64,000 nucleotides of DNA from Tubiluchus corallicola. Its lineage: Eukaryota; Animalia; Priapulida. The stretch is from positions 1 to 64,000 of the forward strand of contig JAQGDQ010000550.1 of assembly GCA_030141605.1 (NCBI GenBank), given 5' to 3'. Below, piece after piece: positions 38,535 to 52,500 of the stretch. Positions within the stretch are counted from its first letter, which is position 1, and each line of letters starts with the position of its first letter. Made by a program: the position numbers and the translations under genes. The notes under the pieces are model-generated. The model made no database searches, had not been told where the DNA came from, and saw only the letters and a list, made by a program, of their open reading frames with translations.

Positions 38535-41500
38535 AGATACATAAACCTGTTACATGCATAAATTGCATTTACGTGTACCTTACTAACAGCATTAAACATT
38601 TCATTGAATATGATTGCATTACGAAGTGTAGATAATATAATTTTTAATCCAGAAAACAAAAAGTACTAACATGAAACAAGCACATTTACACAAGACGTTT
38701 AATAACAATGTTTATTTGCAATTACATATACTAAATCACTGAGCTAACGAAAAAAAATCAAAAATTTTAATTGGTTTACAAAGTCGTTCGTTTGCACTGC
38801 GAGTAATTAGTACCTTGGTCAATTCTAAAGTGACCAGAATAAGATTTCTCAGCTTTTTTACCTCTAGAGAAAGTTTCCAAATTGTAACGTGTACAAAACA
38901 TTACAGCGCAAAACACAACTCATTGCAAGAATTGCTCACGTGTGAACCAAGAAACTGAATAAAGAAGAAATTAAATTAAATCAAGAGGGGAAAAACATCC
39001 TCTAAATGTAAAAACATGCCTCGTGAAATAGACGTAAACAAAGGCTAGATTTACCACGAATTCAAAACAAAGCCTGATGCTTCTCTAAACCATCATAGCT
39101 CATGTACGGGTACAACCGACACACCTGTATACCATCTGACATCAATTTCAACTTCAAGTAGAAGAGTTTAGAGTCGGGAGGGAAACATGTTAATCTTGTT
39201 TCTGAAAGTAGCTCGGATTTTATCAGGACGTCTCTCGGTTTCTGAGGCCCTGACTCACCAACGAGTTATTAAATTTTATAAGCAGTTTTTATTACAACAC
39301 AAGCTTATCATAAACAGCTTTTGTGTTATCACATTGTTGTTGATAACAGACAATTGAATTCTCTACTGTTTCGTTAAGAGTTTGACCAACATGACGCTAT
39401 ATGATGAACCATATTATATATGGTCCAACAAAACACGGATGTGTACATGTCATGTAACAGTTAGTTTATAGTATGTTATCTGTGCATACATAAGTTTAAC
39501 TAAACAATGAAATTTATTATCTTATGAACTCACAGTCACAACTACCGGAAAAAGTTGAACGGATCTGAAAGTGCCACTAAGATACAAGCTAAATGTTGTA
39601 AATTTTCATGAAGTTCCATGAACACTTGGGTAAATAAGCTAACAGCAATAAGCTAGCAAGAAAGTAACACCTTCCCACATCCCTGCCTAGATGAGGTCGT
39701 CAACACAGATAATTTAAATCAGCTCAGATTCCACAAGACGATGATAAATTAAGCAGCGAGCCAACAGCTTTTGTGAGCGCCATGTCGCGCCGTGTTGGTT
39801 AAACTCTTAACAAAACAGTAGAGAAATGAACAGTCTGTCATCAACAACAATGTGATGATGTTCTCAATGTTTACCTACTTCTCATTAGAATAACAATAAC
39901 TCTTGAAAATGGCAGCACAACGCTACGCTTTGCAAATCAGGAACTATGTTTAAAGGTCTTGTAAGGTCTACGTTGTAATGTAAAGCAACATTAGTTTTTT
40001 TATAACTGTCCCAGATGCCGCACATGTTGCTATAAGCTTTTGCTAAACCGTAAAAGTGTTTAATTATTAACAGGAAAAGAAAAGGCAGAGCCACTTTTAC
40101 ATTTTTCCACGGTCACAATAATAGCGTGAGATCGATGAATCAGAGCACAGAGCAATGAATACTTTATAATGTTGGGAATTTTACAAAAGCATATAGGGCA
40201 CGCCTTGTATCGTGACCATTGTCTTGAGTGTCCTCTGGTCATTTACCACTGGAATTCAAGAGAAACTAAGAAGACTTGGTTTAATAAAGTTAAGCAGTTG
40301 ATATCTAAGCATTATAACGAAAATTTTGTAATTTTGTTTGACGTTCAAAAACCTGATACAATTCACTGATTCGTGCACCTACATAAGCACTTTTATTTCT
40401 TTATAAGGTGACTCTTTTCCATCACTTTGTTTACAAAACAGGCTACAGTACATGCAAGCGCTTAATCAATTAATAATCAAGTGGTGTTACGTGTTAGCTA
40501 ATTACGCTAATCACATATAACGTGAACGGTTGACGGCAGTCGTTCACTTAGAAGATTACTTGCCCGTTAAAAAAGCTCGAAACAACGACGTAAAGGAAGC
40601 AAAGTTCAACAAAATATCTTTTGGACTAACAGAAAAATTATTGTGGTGAGACTCACGAGTAATCATGAATGCATCAGATTCTCTAAATGGGTCTAAGTTC
40701 AGGGATTAGCCATCCAATTACATAATAACTAATGTACAAAAGTGAAAACGTCATTAGTGAAATGATAAAGTACCTCTGTTACTTTTATTAGATAGTGCAT
40801 TCTGAATGTTTTGTCAGATGTTACACGATTGTAGGTGACGTTACAAGTGACAAGAAACAATACAATAGGAACACAAATAGGAACAATACGAATACAATAG
40901 GCAACTCCAAACAAATTTAAACTTACCAATAATGATTAACCTTAAGGCCTTTTTACACTATCCAAACCCTTCAACGATTGCACTGTTCACGTGTACTCCA
41001 CGCCATTCATCTTTTCATCTTATTAGTACCAACGATGAAAGCTCATGAAGTTCACATCCCCAACACAAATATGCAAGCGGCGACCGCGTTGACGGAAATT
41101 AGAGAGCGGTGGCGTCAATTTGAGGATAGTGTTGATTTGGCACGAGCCTAAATCCAACATTAACATCAACAAATACGTCTTAGCAATATACGCTGCACGT
41201 ACTCAACACGACACTCGATACCAACGAGCCATACTCCTATTTTTAAGCACATCGGACGTCGCATAAAGATGCATAAATACAAGCTAAAGCAGTGAGGCCA
41301 ACAGTCAATTCAATTCAGCTGCACAAAATAATAACAGCAATAGCACATTTGCTCTAAATCATACTGAAGCGGGTGGATGACCGAAACAAAACAGTTAAAA
41401 GTGACGCGAGTAGTCGCTACGCGAATAGCAGCTGCAGTATGGCGCGTTTACAGTCCGATAATTTCACCTACACACGAATGCCAGATGAATGAGAGGGCAG

Positions 41501-44500
41501 TACCATACCACAGGGGTTAAAATGTAGCGCCTAAACGATCTGGGGAGAAATGACAATCGGACTTAGATTCGCTTATGGGAACATACAAAGTTTCACGTAT
41601 CATAGATATTGATTAGAAACTAGAGTACTATAATATAAAATTTAATGTAAAATATTGACATGAAGGTTTATCAACAACCAAACATGTGCATAGGCGTTTT
41701 AAATATCTCCCTCTACGTTACGAGCGCACCAGAATACGCCCGCCATCATTATACCTCGACTAAACTGGGCCCAAGGATAAAAGGTGCGTAAAACTATGGT
41801 TATACTGTGATACACCATATAGTTTGCGTGCGTTATAGGTGTGAGAAATCAGCGTGAGGGACTTCAAAGGTTAAACTAATTCCAAAAGCTAATCGGATTG
41901 TTGATTTAATGACAGGCATTCGCAGCTAAACTCAGGGACGAGCAATGGGCAGATTGTATACATATACAGCGCTGCTGAAAGTGACCACACCGACCGTGCA
42001 GTAATAACGTAATAAAACGAGTTTGGAACTGGGCAAACGTCATACAACGTTACGCAAATTGGGAGGATGTTGTAACGTCATCTTACATCACGAGTAACAT
42101 GAAGAGAATTTATGGACGGGGAGGAACTCTTGCCTTTTTCTTAGTGCAAGATACAGAAGAGAAACCGAAAAAAATCCAATTTAAAAAATTTGATGCACAG
42201 TCTTTTATGTGTTTAATAGTTAGAATGTAGAAAACACCCAGCAGGATTGTGCAAAGACAAACTAGTGTGTAAGAAACAAACGCTTTTTCTCAATTTTATT
42301 TACTACCAATTTCAAAGTTGTTGGATTTGCCCCAATGCGCTTGACTAGTAAACAACAACTGTGTGGAATACGTAATATGAAATGCCACTTTAATGACTTT
42401 AAAAATGCGAATAAAAACGGTGAAAAAACGTATGCGGTTACTATTCAACGCGGGTTCTGTGAGGTTTGTGAACCGGGGGAAAATTGTGACAAAAATTGAC
42501 CCCATAGTTCTGCACCACGGTTTCCATCTTTGGATAAAAGAAAGTTAAACAGAGTTTAATTTCAATTCATTGTTCATTCAATTCATACCATACAACGACT
42601 GACTAGTATTTTTGTGTTGAATAGAAGATCTACAAGATTTAATACTGGTATCTCTCTAGGAAAACAACACTAATGGGTAGATCACAGTTGCACAGCAGTT
42701 GAAAATTAACAGGCTTTCTTGCAAGCTGCTCTACTTTTGCGACCTCCTGCGGCCAAAACGTGCAAAATGCAGACGCAGTTTTTACTAACCTACTTTGTGA
42801 AATCACGTAGGCAACAACCCTTGGCATGTTTTGTAAACAAGTAAACATTGCAAATTTAGACGCCCGTGGGAACAGTTTGAGCAAACCCGATGGTCGCAGT
42901 TTGCGCCTAAAAGTGGCAGTTACTCATTTACTACGCCAGTAATTAGTAACTAATAACTAGCAGACTGTTTGTCTTGTCTTGGAAAGTTTTCAGGATGTAT
43001 TTATTAACAAAACTGCATTTTGTTCCTTTCCACTGCCGTGTGCAAGTCGGCACGGTGGTCTTAATTACCACGGAATGTCTCTTGAGACCCACCCGTTTCT
43101 GTACGGATTCTTTGGCTTCTTAAACAGTCGGAGTACTAGGAAATTCACCAAAATCAGCAGAGTGCAGTTTTGACAGTACAAAGAGACGATTGGATGCTAC
43201 GCAAAAGCTTCTTATAAACTAATTTGACAACTATACTGAGTCTGTTCGATTTAGCAACGTTTTTCATCGCCAATTTTCTTTCTATACGTCATCTTTTGCA
43301 GTTCTTCTTTACTTTATAACACATCCTTTATACTCCCAGAAAATAACCCCAGAAACTTTAACCATTCTTATTAGTTTGCTTTAAAGTGTGAACCGTTCCC
43401 TAAAATTTTGTTGTAGGAAGGCAGCCTCTACACCGCATAAGCCAAAAGCTTATTTATGAGGTTTATATTTAGCTTTCCAGCATTTTTAGGTCCGAGAAGG
43501 CTCGCTAACTGGCAGCTGTTAGGAAGCCCGTCTCAACTGGATTATTTTTCAACTTTTCGGGAACTATTCAACACAAAATTGGCTTGGATCAGAATATTAC
43601 AGCAGTGTTCCTGTAGCGCCATCTATACACGTTAATATAAGTAAATAAGAAGATTCATAGTTAAAAACAACACAAGTTTTTAACACAACTGTTTTTAACT
43701 ACATGTATAAATGTTTTTAAGCGCCTACAATAAAAATTGACTTAAATAAGAACATATCGGAATTACGCAAGAAATTATCACATTGGGCTGTTGAAATTGT
43801 TGCATACAGTTTTTAATGTTAAAAGAATCTCTGCATTTTAAATAGCTTCCAGTGCTCTTGAATTCAAAGAATCTCTTTTTTCAACAGTAGGTTCGGCGCC
43901 TAAGCCCAAAGCATTCTTACAAATTTCTCTGATAAGAGTTGTTGTTGTGGCAGCATTTCGTATAGCTGTCAACAACAAAAGGTGCGAAAAAGCCTTGCAG
44001 GCATAAAACACTTAATATAACAACTACAAGGATCAAAGAAGTGACCAAGAAGCTTGACCTTGTGAGAAAAAACTTTTTAATCTTTAATCTGCCGGAACTA
44101 AATACTAGTATTACCAGCAGACCTATACGTAAATACACGCAATATGAATTTCCTTTTCAGGAAGTACTACATATATTACTATTAGTTTCGCGCTCTGTAT
44201 ATAATGCTAATAGCATACGATGTTTTAATTTTATTAGTGCCCACTTCTCATTTGGATATGTTAACTAACGACACAGTAATATGGCTGGTACAGATTTTTA
44301 AGGACATCGGTACTGTGCAAACTGAGGCCCAGCACTCAACCACAAGGAATACAAAATACAGAATAGCTTATTTTTGCCTCTGTAACATAGTAAACATAGC
44401 ATTGACAAATGACGTGACAGCCAAGAGACAGGGTGGCGAAAGACCGAAAAGTCATCGAGCCTACCGCCTTTCTGCTAAGTTGATAACAAAATTCAATTTA

Positions 44501-47337
44501 GATTAGCATTTTGTGAGCTGTGTAAATTAAACGTTAGATATTAAATGTCATTATATTGTGTCTTAAGTATTATTATTGTACAGCAGTTGTTACTAGGTAG
44601 CAGCACGTGCAAATGTTATACCCGCATAGCTGGATTAGTCAGTAGTATGCGAAAATGATTTCAAATTGAGAATTAATAAACATTTTGTTATTTAGCATAA
44701 CTGTTAGCTAATACTGACCAGATACTACAAGGCATAATAAAATGTTGAAATGTTGTGGTGGGATTGAAATTTGCTTATCAAGCATGATCTTTTAAAACGA
44801 GGTACCGCTTAGTGTCAAACGTTTTCACTTCAAATGTAAAAAATTACTCTGTTACTCGGGATTTGTTAATGCAGTAGTTGCCGAATTGCTTTATAGATGT
44901 GATTTTTTATAAGTTTACAGTTTTTCAAGTGTAGGGTATTTTTCTCGTACGACACATTTTCTTAAATATCTACCAAGGTCATTTGATGGAAAACTGGAAA
45001 CACAAAAACTGCTTAATGTGTTTTTCACATGTAACCAAGTTATATGATAACGACGACTGTTACACCCATTTTTGCACTATTCACTAGAGGTGAGTAGTTA
45101 ACGAACCACGTAAGAGATGGCGCCACCACATTATGCGGGACGCGCGCTGCCACACACTAAAAACCTATGAACTTTAGCTAAACTAAACCGCTACAGCTGT
45201 ATCTTAACCTCAGCTATAATATTGAATTTGTGAAATAATTGTTGAGCTGAAGAGTGAGTGAGAGTTTGAAGTCAACGGATTGGCAAGCACGCAGGTTTAA
45301 CACTAATGACACTTAAAGTAAACTAATTCCATCCTTTTTACAATGGTATAGCGTGACTAAAAAGCACAATCTTCGTGACTTGCGCATCTAATATAGGCTC
45401 TAGAATATGTACTAAGTGAAAACTTGTTTCTACATTTTAACTAGTTAAGAAATTTGTAACTGAGTAAGTTTAAATCGTCAAATTAAATGTTGCATTACCG
45501 CATTATAATAAAAGAATCATTCACAGTGTGAGATCCAGCTAAAACTAAAAGCAAGAGCAAGAGTTCACGACGAAAAGAATACGTGTTTTTACGACAAAAA
45601 TGAGGACGACTATAAATCCATTTTCTTTGTTCTTGGACAATTGTTTTAACTAACTTGTCCTTTCCCTTAAGTTAACACTGCATTAGTTTTCTTATAGACT
45701 TGATGTGTCTTCATGTGTTGATGATTATAAATAATTCATTTTTTGTATTGTTATGAAGACATTGTACATGTGCCCAATAGCATTGTACATACAAATAAAC
45801 ACTACATATATTAAAAATGCTAACAATAATGAAAAAAGAATGAGTTTTCCAATATCGCTGGCAACTGCGATTCTAAGCCCAATTCCACTATTTGTATGAT
45901 AATTTATTTTATGACTGTCAAAAATTATGCTTGTGTCATGAAGTATATTTCAGTTGCCATTATTCTTATGTTTCCGTTGTCAGATTTTTATTTTCAGTTC
46001 TTGTAGATTTTTATTATACACTTATTACTATTGCGTATGAATTGTATTAATATGTTATATAAAACACGTTATAAACATATCAACTTAATGTAAGAATTAA
46101 ATTCTAACTACAAGCAGTACTAACACTAATACAGTGCAGCACAGCGCTTTCAAAAATGTTCATCACTAACCAAAAGTGCTGCCCTTTCTTCACAATTTTT
46201 TTTTTCAAAATATTCGTATTATAATTGCATGTGTATTGCAAGATAAATAAAAGATTATGTTATGTTATAAGCAGCTCAAATCTACGAACGATCTCCGAGT
46301 AATCTGGTATTTGTATACCTAAAACTGCACTGTTATCATGGCTACAGAAGTTAGCCAGTGAGCTTTTTGCGAGCATATTTGCGTATCTACTTACATTATG
46401 TATTCAATGTTACAATGAGAACATCATACTGCATACCACGTAGCTAACGGTGTGCGACTTTGTTCGGCAAACTAGTTTCTGAACTACAAGGTGCTCTTGC
46501 CATAAGAAGCCATTAGTAGACCTTCACATTTATCTGAAGCCTTTAATAAAGATCATATCAATCTTCATTCATTCATTCAGATTGAAATGTTAAAAGCATT
46601 ACTAAGATATATTAAAATTAAAAGTCGTCATAGTTAAACCTAAAAATAAGCTTAGTGTTCAAACTTAGCACGCTGCATGACAAGCTAAAACTTTTCTTCC
46701 TAATTTAGTGTAAGCAATACTACCAATACTCATATCCGCGATGTTTACAGGGAAAGTCTGCAAAGTCATAATTAAAATATTTAGCGTTTGGGTGGTTTTA
46801 CATGCCCATTACGAGGAGTTTAAAATAACTTCAAAATTAAGAATTGTAAACAAGTATGTAAGAGCGAAACTGGAAACTCAAGTATGGACGAAACTCTCTT
46901 TTTCAAGCTGTTCGCAGTTAACAAGTTCATAGTGCAGTTTTAAGCTATACATTTGCCTGAAGATCTCTTGCCCCTGTTCTTAGAATCGAATATCCATCTT
47001 GATTATCGCCGAATACATAGATAAATTTGTCTTAATATAAAATACAAGCAACTAAACTTGATAATTACAACTATACGCACAATATAAATATAAACTATAT
47101 AAGTTACAGTAAGTCTTCTTTGGTGTTTTAGACTAGGGGACTGTGTCCGTACTCTTGATTTTGCTAGTTCGGGTCCTAGTCTATGACTGCAGTTGTGTTT
47201 TTTCTTTAATTACATTTATTGTGCATTCTGATTTCAAATGGAGAATAAAAAATCAAGTTAAATCAAAACAAATCAAATCAACAATGAAGTTACACTCGAC
47301 TAGAATGTTAAACAATGTGCAACCACCTACAACATAC

Positions 47338-48078
47338 CTCACAGATACAAGGCCATCCATGACAATCATCGCAATATGCACAAGGTCCCAGAGTGATTCG
47401 ATCACCCTCACACATTTGTCGAAGGTCCTCACATCGGGCATCATTAAGAAGTTGGGCTTTCATGTCTGGTCCAATGTCTAATTCGTCAGCCAAGTCCTGG
47501 TCCAGGCAACTCAACGACTTTGCTTTGTACAATCCGGGTCTCTTTGAAAGTTTGGGTGGACGGTGGGGCGCATCAGCAGCAGACTGCCATTCCTCGTCCA
47601 CTGTCAGAGGACAGTCAAAGGACTCTGACTTAACGTGTTCAATCGATATGCGATGTGATGGACGTGTTGGATCTGATATGCGACGTGTCTGCTGAGTCTG
47701 ACGTCGATTCTCGTAACTTTCTGGCGGCGCTGGTGGAGTAACATCAATATATTCGATTGAGTTCTGCACCGAGTCATTCATGTTGCCATTGCTACTCATA
47801 GCGTCACTGTTCTGTTCGAAACTCACAGGGCTAGTAAATTCGTCTAATCGGCTAGCATAAGCAGCAGCACCACGATCAAACGACCCACCTCTAGTCCACG
47901 GGACAGTGGGAGGAGAGAGAAAATTGGTACGAGCAGTAGAGGACTTTACAACCGTGGGAGCTGGTGGATTGCGTCGTGGAGTGCGTGGGGAAAGCCAAGC
48001 AGGAGTCACGTGACGCGGAAAGGCGGGCTGAGAATCTGGTATGAATGGATGATAAGAATGCTTCCATGGGTTCTCCAT
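47338..48078 (-). CDS. Pro/Ser/Arg-rich coding exon (247 codons) ending in a Cys cluster; probable distal alternative first coding exon of the RASSF7/8 gene
   Basis: Long open frame with higher GC than its flanks, starting at GTCATGG (48078). A strong phase-0 donor GAG|GTATGT lies at 47338/47337, after CAYCDDCHGWPCICE. Confidence 0.7.
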
Positions 48079-49378
48079 GACGTCACTGCTGTAACCTGCT
48101 CTATTGTTTTCGTCGTTTAAAGTGCAGCTGATTCTCAAAATGAGAAAATTAATTTTAGCATGACATCAGTTTATTAAATTTATTGTCTTGTCACAAAAGT
48201 TCTCATTGTTCTCTAAATGTAGTTACACACTAATCAACATCAAATCATGGCCACAGTGATGTCACGTAAGCACGCCTACAACAAAGAAGTGTATTAAAAT
48301 TTACTGCAAATTTGCCGGAAGTCTAAGAGGAAAAGGATCTCTCTCAAATTTATAAATTACGTGATGATGAATACAATTGCTACAATTGAATACAGGAGTG
48401 AGAAACCGCAAAATAAGTTTTGAAAAGAGTCGAAAAAAACAAGTGCCAGTAATCCGCAACGTCTACAATGGTGTGAACTTTTGAAGCAAACAAGAAAAAC
48501 TGACACAATCATGCAACACCATCAACATGCAACACCGTTAACCTTCACGGAACAACAAAGCAGTGGCTTCCCCTGGCCAAACAGCTCCTAATCGCACACT
48601 TGGAGAAAATGCAAACAGTTGTCTATGAATAAACCAGTAATACCAACCTGATGGGAGGCAGCTGGTCAGTTTTTAACGAAAATCTACCACAGCCACACAC
48701 TATCGAAAACAACTTGAGAATACTTTTGCACAGTATGAAGAAAAACAGGTCGAAAAATCGTTTACCGAGAATGAAAACGAAAAGGGAGTGATACCATAAA
48801 TGTCTCGTAACGTGGATTATGCTTACTGTAGACAGACAAATTTCAAAATTCTGCTACTATCAACGGGGCCGTTTAGTGGGAAAAGATTAGTTCCGAAGCT
48901 TTACAGCAGATGTGGAACGCCTTTAAAGAAGTTCTGATTCCTTCACTTCTTCACTCACTCATTTTCTTTGTCGCCATTTGTCACTCCAAATGTATTTATC
49001 CAGTTGAGTTGAAATTTGAGATGATAATTAGTTAGGATGTCCTTGGGACAAAACAAAAATATGTGGCCATCCTTACGTTAATTAGTTAATTAGAGATGTT
49101 TAATTAATTAATTTAAAATTGATTAAATGAATGATCACGAAGATCAGAAGTATATGGTACCAAAAATACCTGTAAAGTCCATTTAATTTCTTAGTTTTTT
49201 CTAGAAAGCTTACATCTCGACTTTTAAGTGTGTCCTAGGTTCTGGAAAAATTTTAGAAGAGAAAAATCTGAATTATAAATTGTCAAACAAGGTGTTGTCA
49301 TATACAAAAAAGAGAAAATGCTCAATCTGTATAAATCGAATGAAAGGAGCAGCCATTTTTCAATACCACACCCAACGC

Positions 49379-49543
49379 CCGGAAGAGTTCTGGTGGGGAT
49401 GAGGCAGCGGTAGACCAGGAAACCACTTCCAAGCCGGAACAGTGCTGGTGGGAATGTAGTAGCGGTAGACCTGGAAACCACTTCCAACCCGGAACACTGC
49501 TGGTGGGGATGAGGTAGCGGTAGACCTGGAAACCACTTCCAAC
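49379..49543. repeat. GC-rich 55-bp tandem repeat, 3 copies
   Basis: Units start at 49379, 49434 and 49489. Consensus CCGGAACAGTGCTGGTGGGGATGAGGTAGCGGTAGACCTGGAAACCACTTCCAAC. Confidence 0.95.
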
Positions 49544-52500
49544 TCTAATGCTTTGTTTGCTATTCTTCAGATCAGTCGCAAAATCTACATTACCCAGTTG
49601 GGTTTCACTTGTTATTGTATAAGAATATGAAACAGCTGGAATCCATTCTACCAAATTTCCACAAATAGTAGTTTCCATTCGTCTGTAGTGAGTTCATGGT
49701 TGGTGATCGCCTAATGGTCAATCTCAAGCCTTGGAATAAAAAAACTAGATTTTTTCGATTTGCTAATAAAGCAGAAGAAATATTTGCTGATCAGCCAAAG
49801 CGTTTGTTCTGTGGTCTGCCAATAAGATTTGATGGTTTTTCAAGCAATGCAAGGCCACTTTACAAAAGATTCCTACATTTCAAACAAACAAAAAAAAAAT
49901 ATGGTGATAGTTAGATTCACAAAACATACATCTATGTTTGTGATTATTTCGAACAGAAAATTATTTCGAGTTTGAACAATGGTGTAAGGATACGTGCACG
50001 ACCAGTTGAGCAAGAGGCCAATTTGTGTGTTTATATTTCTCTGTTGAGCAAATTACAAACAGAGACATTATTAGAATCAATGTCTGAAGCATAGTAGGCT
50101 CAAACGTCGCATTGTTTCAATTATCTCTCAATATGAACCAATCCTCAACTTCCTGCAGTACTTCCGGAAGGCACACACACAGATGAAAACATCCCGAGAA
50201 AAAACACTAAATGCAAAACACTCGTGCCTGGCATCATCCACAGAAGTTAAATGATGTTGAGAATTTTAAACAAAGTTTTTTGGAATTGCTAAAGAAGTCG
50301 GCAAATGCTAGTCTTAGTGAAGACGGAAGATGAGGTTTATGAAGCCACAGTATTGAATCATTGACAGGACATGGCGACTCACAAGCAGGTAGGAACATCA
50401 GACGCTGCCTAACATAAAATATTTGTCAGTTCCGACACATCAGCACAAATTCAATTGTAAGCAGGTGTGCCATACGCATATCATACAGAGCACCTGAAGT
50501 GCACGATGTAGGAGATACCACAACTAGCGGTCAAAAGACAAAGACAAAGCGGTGATAAGAAACGAATAATACAGCAGAAATACAGAAAATCACGCTCAAA
50601 CAAATCTCATATTTTAGAAATAAATATAAACTGCAAATTGCACAGCAAAATTTAACTGAGTGCCTTTAATCACTGTTTTGCACTACAATAGCTGTCTGAA
50701 GATCGGTCGAGCTCCGAGTCGAACATGTTGAAAATGTGAGCATCTTATTAGAATTGAAAGCCTGAATAACGACCGAAACTCTCAGTCAATTCAAATTATG
50801 AAAAAAACAAGTACGAAGAACTTTCACAACGGAAAAACAGGCTGGTTTGAGATATAAACTTCTTAAACACACAGGTTTGTTGCTGGATCAGTGTGGTAAA
50901 ATTCATTCAGAAGAACCTGCTAGATTTATTCAAATAATCGATTTTCATCTTGGGATTGTTACCTGGAACACATATAATCTGTCTCTTCCTCTAAGTTAAT
51001 TTCGTAATAGTCACAATAGTAGCTTGTGAAGACTTCAAAATACTATCAGTTAAGCACCTCACTTTCGGTGCAGACACTAACTTCGCGATAAAAAAATCGC
51101 TAAATTCATTAGTCTCTGACAATGACGTACACACGGAAGACATGATACTAGCCACAAAAACGGAAAACAAAGAGCTTCCAGGAAGTTCTGGCTTCATGCA
51201 GCTAATTTGAAGAAATGCAACCGGAATGTATTAATACACGACACTGAAACGTGTGTAAATCGTAGTTGTTGACTGAAAGAAGTGCATGCATGCGTTCAAC
51301 GATATACGAGATCCGGACGGGACAGCTGCAATAGCAAACTGATCCGGGAGATCCGACAGATTAAGCAAATTCGGACGCAGAAAGAGGTAACTGAAAGCAC
51401 ATTATGAAATAACATCAAATTAAGGAAGGCATTGAAACTAAAATAGCACAAAACAAAATACAATCCTTGTTGAATTAAGGACTCAGTAAATCCAAATGAC
51501 CGTGGGAAGTATCAGTTTAATTCAAATTTATTACACACATACTTCAATTACAAAGTACATTGGCAAATTCTATATCTGCACATAGGGCATAGACGCAGAA
51601 ACTCTTACAAATGTCCTAAGGACTAATCTTGGCGTCCTTGGTGAAGGACCTAGCCCAGAGTCAGTTCTAGAAGCATCACTCGTAAGCACATTGTTCACAA
51701 CCACATATGATTAAATTCTACACAGAATTCCGACTGTTAATAAGTCAGGATTGGTCAGCAACTAACAACACAACTGAGCAGAGGGTGACGATAAATATAA
51801 TAGTAATACATGGTAGTACGACTAAGATTGAAATGTGACCATAACATTAGGAATAATCACAACTTGCATACAAAAATATGAATAAATGAATGTGTTCGGA
51901 GAAAAGCTCCAGTAGATTCCATGCAGCTGACTGATAAAGAAGAAAGGTCGAGGCTGGCTGCAACATATGGACACATCCTAAATTTATTATAGTACCCGCT
52001 TGGAAGAAACAAAATTGGAAATTCGAGTCGAGACGTAAACATTAAAGACTAGTGAAGCCAGCAGGTGGCGGGTCAAATGGATGAAGCCAGACACAAGGAC
52101 GAACTTCAAAGGTTCAGAGACTAAAAGACAAGTTAGTTTTCAGAAAAACTTTTCACTGAACAATTCCAACTTAGATTCCATACCTAAATGTCACACAAAT
52201 TCTACATATACATGTTGTATAGACTATAAACCTAGTGAGTATTAAACAAATAATCATGCAGTTTGTGCAGGGCCTATATAAATTAAAATTTGTTGCAACA
52301 ATTTTGTTCCATCATTGCCAATGAAAAGGGATAGGGTTGTTAACGTCAGGAAATATCATTTAGCCTGTAGCCCTGTACAAAATAAACGGATCTACTAACC
52401 CCACTGTCGACCCATATCTGACCAGTGACCCACAATGCATAACCATCCTCACTCTCCTTTATCTCCGCTCAGACTTAAGCTAGGCCAAAACCACAATATT

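Noticed and set aside
39530-39700. Helentron/HINE-like fragment (also the GTGACCTTTGACCTTG motif near 63290)
   Set aside because: Only a vague resemblance; no termini or second copy could be found in the window.
49379-49543. CRISPR-like array or coding repeat (ORFs at 49224-49678)
   Set aside because: The units are contiguous with no unique spacers and no cas genes. The 55-bp period shifts frame each unit.
49696-51197. Protein-like short ORFs (49696..49914 + and 50991..51197 -) as a decayed gene or a further leader exon
   Set aside because: No recognisable motif, frequent stops, and no consistent exon chain could be built.
51510-52042. Additional LINE 3' remnant on the minus strand
   Set aside because: There is a tail-like AATAAA and a faint FQFCFF motif, but it is too degenerate to call.
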